Part shown: positions 26,741-36,696 of the stretch, piece by piece
How positions within the stretch are numbered: the stretch's first letter is position 1
Layout of the letters: each line of letters opens with the position of its first letter
Assembly (NCBI GenBank): GCA_964465045.1
Contig: CAYXJS010000001.1
Span: 54,924 to 118,923 of the forward strand
DNA from: an uncultured Bacteroidales bacterium
GTDB lineage: Bacteria; Bacteroidota; Bacteroidia; Bacteroidales; JAIPAH01
DNA length: 64,000 bases
Direction of reading: 5' to 3'
The notes under the pieces: generated by a model
What the model was told of the DNA's origin: nothing
The model's database searches: none
Seen by the model: only the letters and a program-made list of their open reading frames with translations
Program-made: the position numbers and the translations under genes

Positions 26741-27856
26741 TCAGGCTTCAGCCTCACCCCATTTCAACGGTCGTTTTTTGTCGCCGGCCAGATAAAGGGT
26801 TTGTGTGGGGAATGCAAAGTCGATACCTTCCTCATTAAAACGATGCAGGATTTCATGATTAACCCACTCTGTAAACTGCATATAAGCCCAATAGTCAGGC
26901 GGATGATACCAGTAGATAAACATGATGTTGAGCGAATCGCTATTCAGCTCGCTGAAATATACCTTAGGCGGCAAGTCTTCTTTCATGCCTTCATGATTAT
27001 CCAGAATTTCTTTCATGATTTCTACGGCCCGTTTTAATTTTTCAGGAGAAGTATCGTAAGTAACCGTAACATTTCCCACTCTGCGAATAAAAGGGCGTTT
27101 CCCAATGTTTTGAATTGTCCGGTTGGCCAATTCACCGTTGGGAATAGACACAAGATGACCAGCCAGCGTACGAATCTGTGTGCTTCGCATTCCTACTGAT
27201 TCTACCATGCCATCATGACCGTCTATTACAACACGTTCGCCAATATCAAAAGGCTTGTCGCCGGCAATTATGAAAGAACCGAAAAAATGCTTGATGGTGT
27301 CCTGAGCAGCCAGTGCAACAGCTAATCCGCCAATACCTAAACCTGCAATAACAGACGTTAATGGCTTGTCGCTGAAAAGCTGAAATATCTGAACAAATAC
27401 CAGCACAAGGATTATACCTCTCAGCGTTTTCCGGATGGCCGGTGTAAACATTTTACTAACCGAGCTTTCATTCTTCTGCATTAACTCTTCAAACCATACA
27501 CCTGGCGCGTCCATCAGATAATAACCTAATCTTCCGATAGCTAAAATCATCAACACAGAAGAAACAGTGTTTACGATGCCTTCATATCTTCCTGGATAAT
27601 TAAGCATTACGGAAAGAATCATCAGTCCGGATGCAATCAAAATAAACGTAATGGATTTAGAAACCGCATTAAACAAAGCTGCTGCAACTTTTTTTTCTGA
27701 ACGCAAAACACGGTTAGCGTTGCGCTTTAAAATCATTTTTATCAGTCTGCCCAAACCCCATAACAAGATTAAAATTATAGCAATTAAAAGCCCCTGCATA
27801 AATAAATTACCCTGCGTTATTTCTTTTGAAAATTGTTCAAGTGATTCCATAATCAA
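26741..27856 (-). CDS. Mechanosensitive ion channel family protein (MscS-like)
   Basis: N-terminal TMs, then the conserved beta-domain FDIGERVVIDGHDGMVESVGMRSTQIRT. Confidence 0.85.
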   Translation of the reverse strand: MIMESLEQFSKEITQGNLFMQGLLIAIILILLWGLGRLIKMILKRNANRVLRSEKKVAAALFNAVSKSITFILIASGLMILSVMLNYPGRYEGIVNTVSSVLMILAIGRLGYYLMDAPGVWFEELMQKNESSVSKMFTPAIRKTLRGIILVLVFVQIFQLFSDKPLTSVIAGLGIGGLAVALAAQDTIKHFFGSFIIAGDKPFDIGERVVIDGHDGMVESVGMRSTQIRTLAGHLVSIPNGELANRTIQNIGKRPFIRRVGNVTVTYDTSPEKLKRAVEIMKEILDNHEGMKEDLPPKVYFSELNSDSLNIMFIYWYHPPDYWAYMQFTEWVNHEILHRFNEEGIDFAFPTQTLYLAGDKKRPLKWGEAEA

Positions 27857-27950
27857 TAAATTTTATCTTTCTGTTGCGATTTGTTTAACATTTAAACTTT
27901 GCTAAAAAAAAATTGTTATCAGTTTACGTTAGTTTATCAAACAAAATGCA

Positions 27951-30338
27951 ATGAAACTTCGATCGTCTATTATTTTAATCTTTCTAAGCGCCACATTAGC
28001 AAGCTTTGCACAGAGCGGCAAAATCAAAGGTCGTGTTACTGATGCCAGTAACAATGAACCTCTTCCTTTTTCAAATTTAGTAATTTATGGCACACAAACC
28101 GGATCTACGAGTGACATGGATGGAAATTTCACGTTTACAGGCGTTGAGCCCGGATTTGTGAAACTCAAGGTCAGCTCGGTAGGCTATAAATCCAAAGTTA
28201 CGGAAGAAATCAGGGTAAACAATAACAAAACCACTTACATCGATATTCAGTTAGAAAAAACCTCGATTGATTTGGACGAAGTTACCGTAAGAGCATCTTC
28301 TTTTAAGCGTAGTGAAGAAAGTCCGACTTCGTTAAGAACCTTAGGTATTGGTGAAATAGAAAAAACCCCGGGAGCTAACCGCGATATTTCGAGGGTAATC
28401 CAATCTTTACCCGGTGTTTCATCCTCAGTAGCTTTTCGCAATGATGTTATTGTGCGTGGAGGTGGTCCAAATGAAAATTCTTTTTTTCTTGATGGCGTGG
28501 AGATACCCACCCTTAACCACTTTAGCACCCAGGGCGCTTCAGGCGGACCTGTAGGTATTGTAAATGCAGACTTTATCAGGGAAGTAGACTTTTACTCAGG
28601 CGCTTTTCCAGCTTCCAAAGGAAAATCATTAAGTTCGGTTCTGGATTTCAAAATGAAAGAGGGAAACCAGGAATCCATGAACATCAAAGGGACAGTTGGA
28701 GCCTCTGACCTGGCGCTTACTTTCGACGGCCCACTGAGCGAAAACACCACACTGATTGCTTCAGCACGACGATCTTACCTGCAGTTTCTTTTTGATATAA
28801 TCGGATTACCATTCCTGCCCACCTACAATGATTTTCAATTTAAATCCCGCACCAAAATTGATAATAAAAACGAACTGATTTTTTTAGGAATTGGCGCCAT
28901 TGACCAGTTTGAGTTAAATACAGAACTGGAAGACCCCACTGACGACCAGCGATATCTTATAAACAACCTGCCTATCAATGAGCAATGGAGCTATACAGTT
29001 GGCGGCGTTTACAAACATTTTAGGGATAATGGATTTGACCAGCTTGTAATAAGCCGCAATACACTAAATAACAGCGCTTATAAATATCAAAACAACGATG
29101 ACAGCTCTGAAGACAACTTGCTTTTTGACCTGGAATCCGTGGAAGCGGAAAACAAAATTCGTTTTGAACACAAAGGCCGCTTTGATGGATTTAAATACAC
29201 ATACGGAGCCGGCTTCGAAAATGCGTTGTATACTTTATCACTTTATAACGAATCGCTCATCAACAACGAAATTGTGGTTTTCAATAACAATAATGAACTC
29301 TCACTAAACGCCTGGTCTGCTTTCGGTCAAATAAGCAAGGGCTTTTTTGGTGAACGGCTTACACTCTCCCTGGGTCTGCGTGCCGATGCCAACGACTATT
29401 CCGATGATATGAACAACATGCTGGAGCAATTCTCTCCCCGTTTTTCTGCTTCTTACGGCCTTAATGAAAAAGTATTTCTGAATTTCAACACCGGCATCTA
29501 CTATCAAAAGCCGGCTTACACAACACTGGGATATCGCGATCAAAACAATGTACTCATCAATAAAGAAAACAACATCACATTCATTCGCTCCGACCACCTG
29601 GTTGGTGGCCTCGAATGGCGACCCAATGAAAATGCAAAAATAACCGGGGAGCTTTTTTACAAAACGTACAACGATTACCCGTTTTCCGTTCAGGACAGCG
29701 TGGCTCTGAGCAGCAAAGGCGCCGATTTTGGCGTGTTTGGAGATGAAGAAGTAACCTCCACGGGCGCTGGCAGAGCTTATGGTTTTGAGTTTTACACGCG
29801 TTTGCCTTCCATTCGCGATTACAACATCATTTTGTCTTATACCCTCGTGCGAAGCGAGTTTCAGGATGCAAACAAAGAATATATCCCGACGGCATGGGAC
29901 AACAAACATATCCTTAACCTCACAGCGCGCAGGTCTTTTAAAAACAACTGGGATGCCGGGCTAAAATGGCGCTACGTTGGAGGTTCGCCATACACGCCAT
30001 ATGATGTGGAAAAATCAGAGCAACGCCAATTCTGGGACTTGCAAAACGAACCCTATCTGAATTATGACAGGTTTAATCAGCGTCGCTTAAGCGGATTTCA
30101 TCAACTTGATATTCGTATAGACAAAACCTATTATTTTGACAAATGGACGCTCGGTTTGTATCTTGATGTACAGAATTTATATAATTTCTCAGCTGAAAGT
30201 CAGGACATCCTGACTAACCTTGATGAAGAAGGTAATCCAAACATTGATCCGGACAACCCGGATGAGTATGACTTAAGACGTATTAACGATGAGAGTGGCA
30301 CTGTTTTGCCATCCGTAGGAATTACAGTAGAATTTTAA
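27951..30338 (+). CDS. TonB-dependent receptor-like outer-membrane protein with an N-terminal CarboxypepD_reg domain
   Basis: Signal peptide. GKIKGRVTDASNNEPLPFSNLVIYGT...DGNFTF, plug region, C-terminal beta-barrel ending in ...VGITVEF. Confidence 0.8.
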   Translation: MKLRSSIILIFLSATLASFAQSGKIKGRVTDASNNEPLPFSNLVIYGTQTGSTSDMDGNFTFTGVEPGFVKLKVSSVGYKSKVTEEIRVNNNKTTYIDIQLEKTSIDLDEVTVRASSFKRSEESPTSLRTLGIGEIEKTPGANRDISRVIQSLPGVSSSVAFRNDVIVRGGGPNENSFFLDGVEIPTLNHFSTQGASGGPVGIVNADFIREVDFYSGAFPASKGKSLSSVLDFKMKEGNQESMNIKGTVGASDLALTFDGPLSENTTLIASARRSYLQFLFDIIGLPFLPTYNDFQFKSRTKIDNKNELIFLGIGAIDQFELNTELEDPTDDQRYLINNLPINEQWSYTVGGVYKHFRDNGFDQLVISRNTLNNSAYKYQNNDDSSEDNLLFDLESVEAENKIRFEHKGRFDGFKYTYGAGFENALYTLSLYNESLINNEIVVFNNNNELSLNAWSAFGQISKGFFGERLTLSLGLRADANDYSDDMNNMLEQFSPRFSASYGLNEKVFLNFNTGIYYQKPAYTTLGYRDQNNVLINKENNITFIRSDHLVGGLEWRPNENAKITGELFYKTYNDYPFSVQDSVALSSKGADFGVFGDEEVTSTGAGRAYGFEFYTRLPSIRDYNIILSYTLVRSEFQDANKEYIPTAWDNKHILNLTARRSFKNNWDAGLKWRYVGGSPYTPYDVEKSEQRQFWDLQNEPYLNYDRFNQRRLSGFHQLDIRIDKTYYFDKWTLGLYLDVQNLYNFSAESQDILTNLDEEGNPNIDPDNPDEYDLRRINDESGTVLPSVGITVEF

Positions 30339-30348
30339 TTACACGGTT

Positions 30349-31059
30349 ATGAAAATAATTTTTTTTAGCGCGCTAATTATTTTTGGGTTAAATACGCTGC
30401 AGGCTCAACCCAAACAAATTGAAACCAAAAAGAATGCTGAAGGGATTCCTGTAAAAGTTATGTTTGAAAAAGGAGATACCCACAACCATCCCTTGCTTGT
30501 TATCTGGCTGCAAGATGAAGACGGGAAATATATCGAAACCTTGTATGCCGCAAGGTCTATAGCCACTAGCAAATATAAATTTGGCAAAGCGGAAAAAGGA
30601 GTTTGGCAACCGGGTATGCATCGACGTCCCGCAGCATTGCCATACTGGGCGCATAATCGCGGAAAAATGGCTCCCGACAGCTTGTTTATTCCCCATCCGG
30701 AAGAGCCGATGCCTGATGCCATTACTGGTCCTACGCCAAAAAACAATTTTACACTGAAATCGGTAATACCCAAAAACATTGAAACACCTTTTTTCGTGCT
30801 TTTGGAAATCAATCAGCCCTGGGACTGGAATGAATACTGGACCAATGCCCGGTTTCCGGATGATAAGGAATACAAAACCTCAGCCCAGCCGGCTGTGGTT
30901 TACAGAGCAAAGGTTACATCTATTGACCAGCCCGAAACCCAGATGAAGCTGGTGGGCAGAAGCCATCACTCCGGAAAAGACGGAAAACTTTATAAAGATA
31001 CCGAAACGCTATCCACCGCTAAAAATATTGTAAAATCGGTTAAAGTATCCTTGCCATGA
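30349..31059 (+). CDS. Secreted DUF2271-like protein
   Basis: Signal peptide. HPLLVIWLQDEDGKYIETLY...PYWAH...PDAITGPTP resembles the DUF2271 pattern as I recall it. ATGA overlap with the photolyase start. Confidence 0.5.
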   Translation: MKIIFFSALIIFGLNTLQAQPKQIETKKNAEGIPVKVMFEKGDTHNHPLLVIWLQDEDGKYIETLYAARSIATSKYKFGKAEKGVWQPGMHRRPAALPYWAHNRGKMAPDSLFIPHPEEPMPDAITGPTPKNNFTLKSVIPKNIETPFFVLLEINQPWDWNEYWTNARFPDDKEYKTSAQPAVVYRAKVTSIDQPETQMKLVGRSHHSGKDGKLYKDTETLSTAKNIVKSVKVSLP

Positions 31060-32372
31060 GCAAGTCGCCGTTAACTGTTTTCTGGTTTCGCCGTGATTTA
31101 AGGATAGAGGACAACGCGGGTTTGTATTATGCTCTGAAAGAAAACCATAATGTAATCCCACTTTTCATTTTCGATACGGATATAATCGACAAACTACCTT
31201 CTAAACAAGATCCTCGCGTAGAGTTTATACATCAGGAAATCGCCTCTATTAAGCATCAATTGGAAAAAATTGAGAGCTCCCTGTGGGTCAAGCATGGAAA
31301 ACCGCTGGAAATATTCCAGGATATTATTGGCAACCATACTATAAAAGCCGTTTATGCCAATCATGATTATGAGCCCTACTCGCTTAACCGTGATGAACAA
31401 ATAAACAAGCTCCTGACAGCGAATCATATTTCTTTTAAAACGTTTAAAGACCAGGTTATTTTTGAAAAATCAGAAGTGACTAAAAAAGACGGAAAACCCT
31501 ATACTGTTTTTACACCTTTTTCACGTGCCTGGATGAAAGCATTCGATCAGATTCAAATACCCGAATATGATACCGGCGAATTGAAAAAAAGCTTTCTTCA
31601 AACAAAACCCTTACCGGAAATCTCTTTAGCTGATATGGGTTTTACTCAAACAGAAATATCCTTTCCACAAAAAGCTATTGACAGCGATATTTTAGAAAAT
31701 TATCACAACCGACGAGATTATCCCGCAAAAAACAGCACTTCCCGTTTGGGAATGCATCTGAGATTTGGAACCATCAGCATCAGGAAGTTGGCGCAAAAAG
31801 CAGCAAAAGCCAGCCAAACTTACCTTAATGAATTGATTTGGCGTGAATTTTATATGATGATTCTATGGAATTTCCCGCATGTTGTAGATCATGCTTTTAA
31901 GCCGGCTTATGATTTCATTGAATGGCGGAATGATGAATCAGAGTTTCGGGCCTGGTGCAAAGGGAAAACGGGATATCCGATCGTAGACGCCGGAATGCGT
32001 GAATTAAACACAACAGGATTCATGCATAACCGCGTTAGAATGATAGCAGCCAGTTTCTTAACCAAGCATTTGCTTGTTGACTGGCGATGGGGAGAGCAAT
32101 ATTTTGGAAATAAACTCCTGGATTATGAGCTTTCATCTAATAATGGCGGATGGCAATGGGCTGCCGGGAGTGGATGTGATGCAACGCCCTATTTCAGAGT
32201 ATTTAATCCGGAGCTGCAAATCAAAAAATTTGATGTAAACTTAAAATACATCCGCTCGTGGATTCCTGAATTTGAAGATTTTGGGTATCCAAAACCGTTA
32301 GTAGAACATAAATATGCCAGGCAGAGAGCATTAGACACTTACAAAAAAGCGCTCGACAAAACAAAAAAATAA
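31056..32372 (+). CDS. phr: Deoxyribodipyrimidine photolyase / cryptochrome family protein
   Basis: VFWFRRDLRIEDNAGL N-terminus. FAD-binding C-terminus TGYPIVDAGMREL...GFMHNRVRMIAASFL...NNGGWQW. Confidence 0.9.
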   Translation: MSKSPLTVFWFRRDLRIEDNAGLYYALKENHNVIPLFIFDTDIIDKLPSKQDPRVEFIHQEIASIKHQLEKIESSLWVKHGKPLEIFQDIIGNHTIKAVYANHDYEPYSLNRDEQINKLLTANHISFKTFKDQVIFEKSEVTKKDGKPYTVFTPFSRAWMKAFDQIQIPEYDTGELKKSFLQTKPLPEISLADMGFTQTEISFPQKAIDSDILENYHNRRDYPAKNSTSRLGMHLRFGTISIRKLAQKAAKASQTYLNELIWREFYMMILWNFPHVVDHAFKPAYDFIEWRNDESEFRAWCKGKTGYPIVDAGMRELNTTGFMHNRVRMIAASFLTKHLLVDWRWGEQYFGNKLLDYELSSNNGGWQWAAGSGCDATPYFRVFNPELQIKKFDVNLKYIRSWIPEFEDFGYPKPLVEHKYARQRALDTYKKALDKTKK

Positions 32373-32377
32373 ATCAT

Positions 32378-32827
32378 ATGAAAAAAGGCGATAAATTACC
32401 TGCTTTCAGGCTACCTGACCAGAACGGCAATACAATTGATATTAGTGATTTCACCGGTAAACAGCCATTGGTTTTATATTTTTATCCTAAAGACGAAACA
32501 CCGGGCTGCACAAAAGAGGCATGCACTTTCCGTGACGCGATTACGGATTTTGAGCAGCTCAACGCAAAGATCATAGGAATCAGCGCTGATTCTGTAAAAT
32601 CACATAAAGCTTTTGCTGAAAAACATAACCTGAATTTCACTTTACTCAGCGATGAAATCAAGCAAGTGAGAAAACTATTGAAAGTACCCTCTGATGTTTT
32701 TGGTTTGCTTGATGGCAGAGTAACTTATGTTGTAAATAAAAATGGAGTGGTTCAGCATATTTTCAAATCACAACTCAACACTACAAGGCATGTGGAAGAA
32801 GCCAAAAAAGCCCTTGAAAACTTGTAG
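32378..32827 (+). CDS. bcp: Peroxiredoxin, Bcp type
   Basis: FYPKDETPGCTKEAC active site. 149 aa. Confidence 0.9.
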   Translation: MKKGDKLPAFRLPDQNGNTIDISDFTGKQPLVLYFYPKDETPGCTKEACTFRDAITDFEQLNAKIIGISADSVKSHKAFAEKHNLNFTLLSDEIKQVRKLLKVPSDVFGLLDGRVTYVVNKNGVVQHIFKSQLNTTRHVEEAKKALENL

Positions 32828-32949
32828 CCCAGGCTCTATGGCATTTCGCGTTTGAACTTTGTTTTTCGTTTTCATTGAATATAATCAAATCCTGCCGGCA
32901 ATTATGATTTTTATTGCAAGTGTGCAATTGCTTAATGAAAAAACTTTAC

Positions 32950-32957
32950 TATTTTTG
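32950..32957 (+). promoter_or_regulatory. -7 promoter box TATTTTTG for rpsF-rpsR-rplI
   Basis: Exact TAnnTTTG match, 51 nt upstream of the rpsF ATG. Confidence 0.45.
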
Positions 32958-33008
32958 CAGTCCGATTTTTAGGAAATAAATTAAAATAGTAAACTTAAAA
33001 TCAGTTAA

Positions 33009-33377
33009 ATGACAAATCAGTACGAAACCGTTTTCATTATAACTCCCGTTTTATCTGACGCGCAGATGAAGGAGACGGTTCAAAAATTTAAAGATCTGCT
33101 TACAGAGCGCGGAGCAGAGATGGTTCATGAAGAACATTGGGGATTAAAAAAACTGGCATATCCAATCCAGAAAAAATCAACCGGTTTTTATCACTTAATA
33201 GAATATCGGGCTGAAGGTAAGTTGATTGACGAATTGGAAATTGAAATTAAACGCGATGAACGCGTGATGCGTTTTCTTACCGTAAAACTCGACAAGCATG
33301 CGATAGCGTACAATGAAAAGAAACGCCGCAAAGCCAGCGAGAAAAAAGAGGAAAAACAGGAAAATAAAGAAGCTTAA
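33009..33377 (+). CDS. rpsF: 30S ribosomal protein S6
   Basis: [15 protein letters not shown]...[11 protein letters not shown]. Confidence 0.95.
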   Translation: MTNQYETVFIITPVLSDAQMKETVQKFKDLLTERGAEMVHEEHWGLKKLAYPIQKKSTGFYHLIEYRAEGKLIDELEIEIKRDERVMRFLTVKLDKHAIAYNEKKRRKASEKKEEKQENKEA

Positions 33378-33394
33378 TCGTAAAACATAGAATT

Positions 33395-33664
33395 ATGGCT
33401 AACAATCAATCGGAAATAAAATATTTAACCCCAATCAATGTTGAAACCAAAAAGAAAAAATACTGCCGTTTCAAAAAAGCGGGCATCAAATACATTGATT
33501 ATAAGGACGCAGATTTCCTCATGAAATTTGTTAATGAACAGGGAAAAATTCTTCCCCGCCGTATTACCGGTACTTCAACTAAGTATCAGCGAAAAGTTTC
33601 ACAAGCTATAAAACGCGCACGGCACCTTGCTTTATTACCATACAAAACAGACTTATTAAAATAG
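33395..33664 (+). CDS. rpsR: 30S ribosomal protein S18
   Basis: [16 protein letters not shown]...[32 protein letters not shown]. Confidence 0.95.
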   Translation: MANNQSEIKYLTPINVETKKKKYCRFKKAGIKYIDYKDADFLMKFVNEQGKILPRRITGTSTKYQRKVSQAIKRARHLALLPYKTDLLK

Positions 33665-33674
33665 GGAGGCAATT

Positions 33675-34124
33675 ATGGAAGTAATTCTTAAAAAAGATAT
33701 TCAGAATTTAGGGTATGCAAATGATCTGGTAGATGTAAAACCCGGATATGCACGTAATTATTTGATCCCGAAAGGAATGGCTATTTTTGCCACTCCAGGA
33801 AGCAAAAAGTCACTCGAAGAAACCATACGCCAGAAGGCCTATAAAGAGGAAAAGCTTCGTAATGACGCTCAGACTAAAGCAGACGCTATTGAAGGCACAA
33901 AAGTAACTATCGGTGCCAAAGCCGGTACTTCAGGAAAAATATTTGGTTCGGTGAACGCCGTACAAATTGCTGAAGCGCTTAAAAACCAACATAATTACGA
34001 AGTTGACCGTAAAATGGTAGTTGTGGATGGTGATTCCATCAAAGAACTGGGTGAATACGAAGCTAAAATCAAGTTTTATAAAGACATTCAGGCAACTGTC
34101 CAGTTTGAAGTGGTCGCTGAATAA
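33675..34124 (+). CDS. rplI: 50S ribosomal protein L9
   Basis: MEVILKKDIQNLGYANDLVDVKPGYARNYLIPKG. Confidence 0.95.
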   Translation: MEVILKKDIQNLGYANDLVDVKPGYARNYLIPKGMAIFATPGSKKSLEETIRQKAYKEEKLRNDAQTKADAIEGTKVTIGAKAGTSGKIFGSVNAVQIAEALKNQHNYEVDRKMVVVDGDSIKELGEYEAKIKFYKDIQATVQFEVVAE

Positions 34125-34150
34125 GATTAATTTGACAGGTTATTTATGTG

Positions 34151-34178
34151 AAGGCTGCCCATAAGGGTGGCCTTTTTT
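34151..34178 (+). terminator. Intrinsic terminator after rplI
   Basis: AAGGCTGCCC / GGGTGGCCTT 10-bp stem (two G-U pairs), ATAA loop, T-run. Confidence 0.7.
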
Positions 34179-34212
34179 ATTGTTTGTATTACAAAAATGC
34201 ATCGATTCTTGC

Positions 34213-34220
34213 TAACTTTG
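34213..34220 (+). promoter_or_regulatory. -7 promoter box TAACTTTG
   Basis: Exact TAnnTTTG match, only 4 nt upstream of ATG 34225. Confidence 0.45.
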
Positions 34221-34224
34221 CTTT

Positions 34225-34986
34225 ATGAGGCAACCGTTATCTAAAAATGAATTAAAGCACTTACGCTCACTGCACCGGAAAAAGTACAGGTACAAGTACC
34301 GATTATTTTTGGCAGAGGGATTAAAAATTGTATCTGAAGTACTTGAGAGCCAATACCATGTTCAGCAACTTATAGCTACTAAAGAATATGAAAACCATTT
34401 TTACAGTCATGATGCAGTTCCCTGCAGCTTAGCCAGCCCGGTGCAAATGAATGCATTATCACAACTAACCACACCTCCGGGTATTATGGCGGTAGTTTCT
34501 ATTCCTGAACTTCCTTTTCAAAAAAGCAAACTGGGAAAAACAACCCTGGTTTTAGATAATTTAACCGACCCCGGAAACCTGGGAACCATCATCAGAACAG
34601 CCGATTGGTTTGGCATCCAAAACATCATATGTTCGCCCGGTACAGTAGACTTATACAACTCCAAAACCATACAAGCCACCATGGGATCATTTACGCGTGT
34701 CAATATGTATCAGCTTCCGCTCGATCAGGTTCTGCAGGAACTCAAAAACCAGTTTTTAGTTTTGGCTCTTGACATGCACGGCACTCCAATACATCAAATT
34801 GAATCCAATAAACCAAAGTTGATAATTACCGGAAACGAGTCAGCCGGGATTTCTCAGGAATTAAAACATTTGATAGATAAATATATCAGCATACCTTCAC
34901 ATTACAGGAATCAAAATAACGGGCCGGAATCCCTGAATGCTTCGATAGCCACAGCAATAGCTTGTTATATACTAGCTGAATATTGA
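34225..34986 (+). CDS. TrmH/SpoU-family RNA 2'-O-methyltransferase
   Basis: LVLDNLTDPGNLGTIIRTADWFG, GNESAGIS and SLNASIATAI SPOUT motifs. Confidence 0.85.
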   Translation: MRQPLSKNELKHLRSLHRKKYRYKYRLFLAEGLKIVSEVLESQYHVQQLIATKEYENHFYSHDAVPCSLASPVQMNALSQLTTPPGIMAVVSIPELPFQKSKLGKTTLVLDNLTDPGNLGTIIRTADWFGIQNIICSPGTVDLYNSKTIQATMGSFTRVNMYQLPLDQVLQELKNQFLVLALDMHGTPIHQIESNKPKLIITGNESAGISQELKHLIDKYISIPSHYRNQNNGPESLNASIATAIACYILAEY

Positions 34987-35058
34987 TTTACGCAAACGTT
35001 TGAATAAAAAAATAAACATTTATTTTAAAAGTCTATTGACCATGTGTTTGTTTGTTGC

Positions 35059-35066
35059 TATCTTTG
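35059..35066 (+). promoter_or_regulatory. -7 promoter box TATCTTTG for ORF 35088
   Basis: Exact TAnnTTTG match, 21 nt upstream of the ATG. Confidence 0.45.
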
Positions 35067-35087
35067 TAATTGTAAATTACCAAAAAA

Positions 35088-36575
35088 ATGCATGTCGTGG
35101 CAAAACAAAATAAACCGATCAATTACCATATTGAAGAGCTAAAGGAGATTAACAACCTTTCTGAACGGACAAAAAAAGTCTGTATAAACAGCTCATTAGA
35201 CAACCTGTACAAAATCTTAGGATACCATTTCAGAAATCGTTCATTCAGGCAAGTTCGCAATTGCGGTGAGAAAACCAACAACGAACTCCAAACCATGTCT
35301 GACTATTATATCCGTCAATATAATATTAATCCGGATGAACTGGAACAGGATGAAGATAATTATCTGTTTGACAAACTCAAATTCTACTGCTATACCCGTT
35401 ATGGAATCTCAAGCGAAACAGCGGAGCCATACCGGCAATATTTTTTGATGAGGCGGTTTCCGGTATTTAGATTTATCGGTGAAATACTAAAAAGTGAACT
35501 CTCGGATCGCGAATACTTCATTTTTAAGCACAATTTTAATTTCTTTAAAGAAGAGCAAAAGATGACCCTGCAGGCCATCGGAGATATCTACGATATCACC
35601 CGCGAAAGGGTTCGGCAAATTGCTCTTTATATCCCGGGGAAACTGAGCGAAATCCTGAGTATTTTTAACGAAGAACTTTATTTTGCCAACCATTACTACG
35701 ATTATAAAGTTGATTCCAACAAAAACTATATTGTAATGGACGAGATGCATGCCAGCAAACTCAACCGTTATGAATATCTGGAATTTACCCCAAAGTTCTA
35801 CGCCTTTGCCTTTGCGGAACTCTATAAAGATTTCATTGCGCTGTTTTTAGAAGACAATACGCCGCACAACATTTATTTCCTCATCAACAAAAAACACTAC
35901 CACCGATTCAATTACATTGGATTTTACAACGAAATATACGGATTGGTGAACGACCGTGTTGAGGAAGACTATAGCATAGATTATCATCGCTTAATAAAAG
36001 CTCATATCAATGATGATAATGAAAGTACCTTTAAACTCGCCAAACCCTATTGCGATAAACTGGTTTTAAAGGAATTTGGATTATATAAGGATAAAAACAA
36101 CCAACTTTATATTCGTCGGAATACGATGAAAAAGATATCAGAATATATCATAGAAGTTCTGGAAACGCATAAAACCCCCATGACTCTGGAAGAAATTTGC
36201 GCCGCACTCCAGACTATGGATATCAAAGTTCCTCAAAACATTGAATCGCTTCGTTCGTCTATTTTAAGCATTGATGAAGTTACTGCTATCGGCAAAACCA
36301 GTACTTACGCCCTGAAAAAATGGGACAACGTAAAAACAGGCACAATCAAGCAGTTGGTTTACAGCTACCTGAAACAATATGACGACCCGGTGCATATCTC
36401 ATATATTTCTGATTATGTAAACCAATACCGGCAAACCAACAATAAAAATATCCTCTCGAACCTGAAACTCGATAAAACCGACAGCTTTATGTTTTTTAGG
36501 AAAGGCTATGTGGGACTAACCGAAAAAGATTATGCCAAAACATCTAAAATTTTTCCTAAACTAAAACCTTTGTAG
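35088..36575 (+). CDS. Hypothetical DNA-binding protein: RpoA-CTD-like HhH, sigma-70 region-4-like HTH, and two C-terminal winged-helix (HARE-HTH-like) modules
   Basis: LSERTKKVCINSSLDNLYKILGY...VRNCGEKTNNELQ, MTLQAIGDIYDITRERVRQIA, and C-terminal ...PMTLEEICAAL...IGKTSTYALKKW. Domain calls are made by eye only. Confidence 0.6.
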   Translation: MHVVAKQNKPINYHIEELKEINNLSERTKKVCINSSLDNLYKILGYHFRNRSFRQVRNCGEKTNNELQTMSDYYIRQYNINPDELEQDEDNYLFDKLKFYCYTRYGISSETAEPYRQYFLMRRFPVFRFIGEILKSELSDREYFIFKHNFNFFKEEQKMTLQAIGDIYDITRERVRQIALYIPGKLSEILSIFNEELYFANHYYDYKVDSNKNYIVMDEMHASKLNRYEYLEFTPKFYAFAFAELYKDFIALFLEDNTPHNIYFLINKKHYHRFNYIGFYNEIYGLVNDRVEEDYSIDYHRLIKAHINDDNESTFKLAKPYCDKLVLKEFGLYKDKNNQLYIRRNTMKKISEYIIEVLETHKTPMTLEEICAALQTMDIKVPQNIESLRSSILSIDEVTAIGKTSTYALKKWDNVKTGTIKQLVYSYLKQYDDPVHISYISDYVNQYRQTNNKNILSNLKLDKTDSFMFFRKGYVGLTEKDYAKTSKIFPKLKPL

Positions 36576-36696
36576 ATTTGCACTTTCTGCAAAGCCATTA
36601 ATATAAAGCGAAATTGTTAAAGAATATTTTGCTGAAAACAATGCTTTGGTTCTGCTGTTTATGGACTAACAAATTATTTAAGAAAGGAGAAAAAGT

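Noticed and set aside
29304-29909. 201-aa minus-strand ORF
   Set aside because: It is antisense to the TonB-dependent receptor-like gene, and no motif was recognised.
32828-33008. Possible S6:S18-binding autoregulatory leader upstream of rpsF
   Set aside because: The leader is about 50 nt after the -7 box, but I could not identify the conserved helix/bulge mimic by eye. A covariance-model scan is needed.
9229-34178. Shared 'CCCATAAGG' core in the PFOR and rplI terminators as a possible repeat family
   Set aside because: Only two instances were found and the stems differ. This is most simply two independent hairpins whose loops share a similar A/T-rich core (CATAA versus ATAA).
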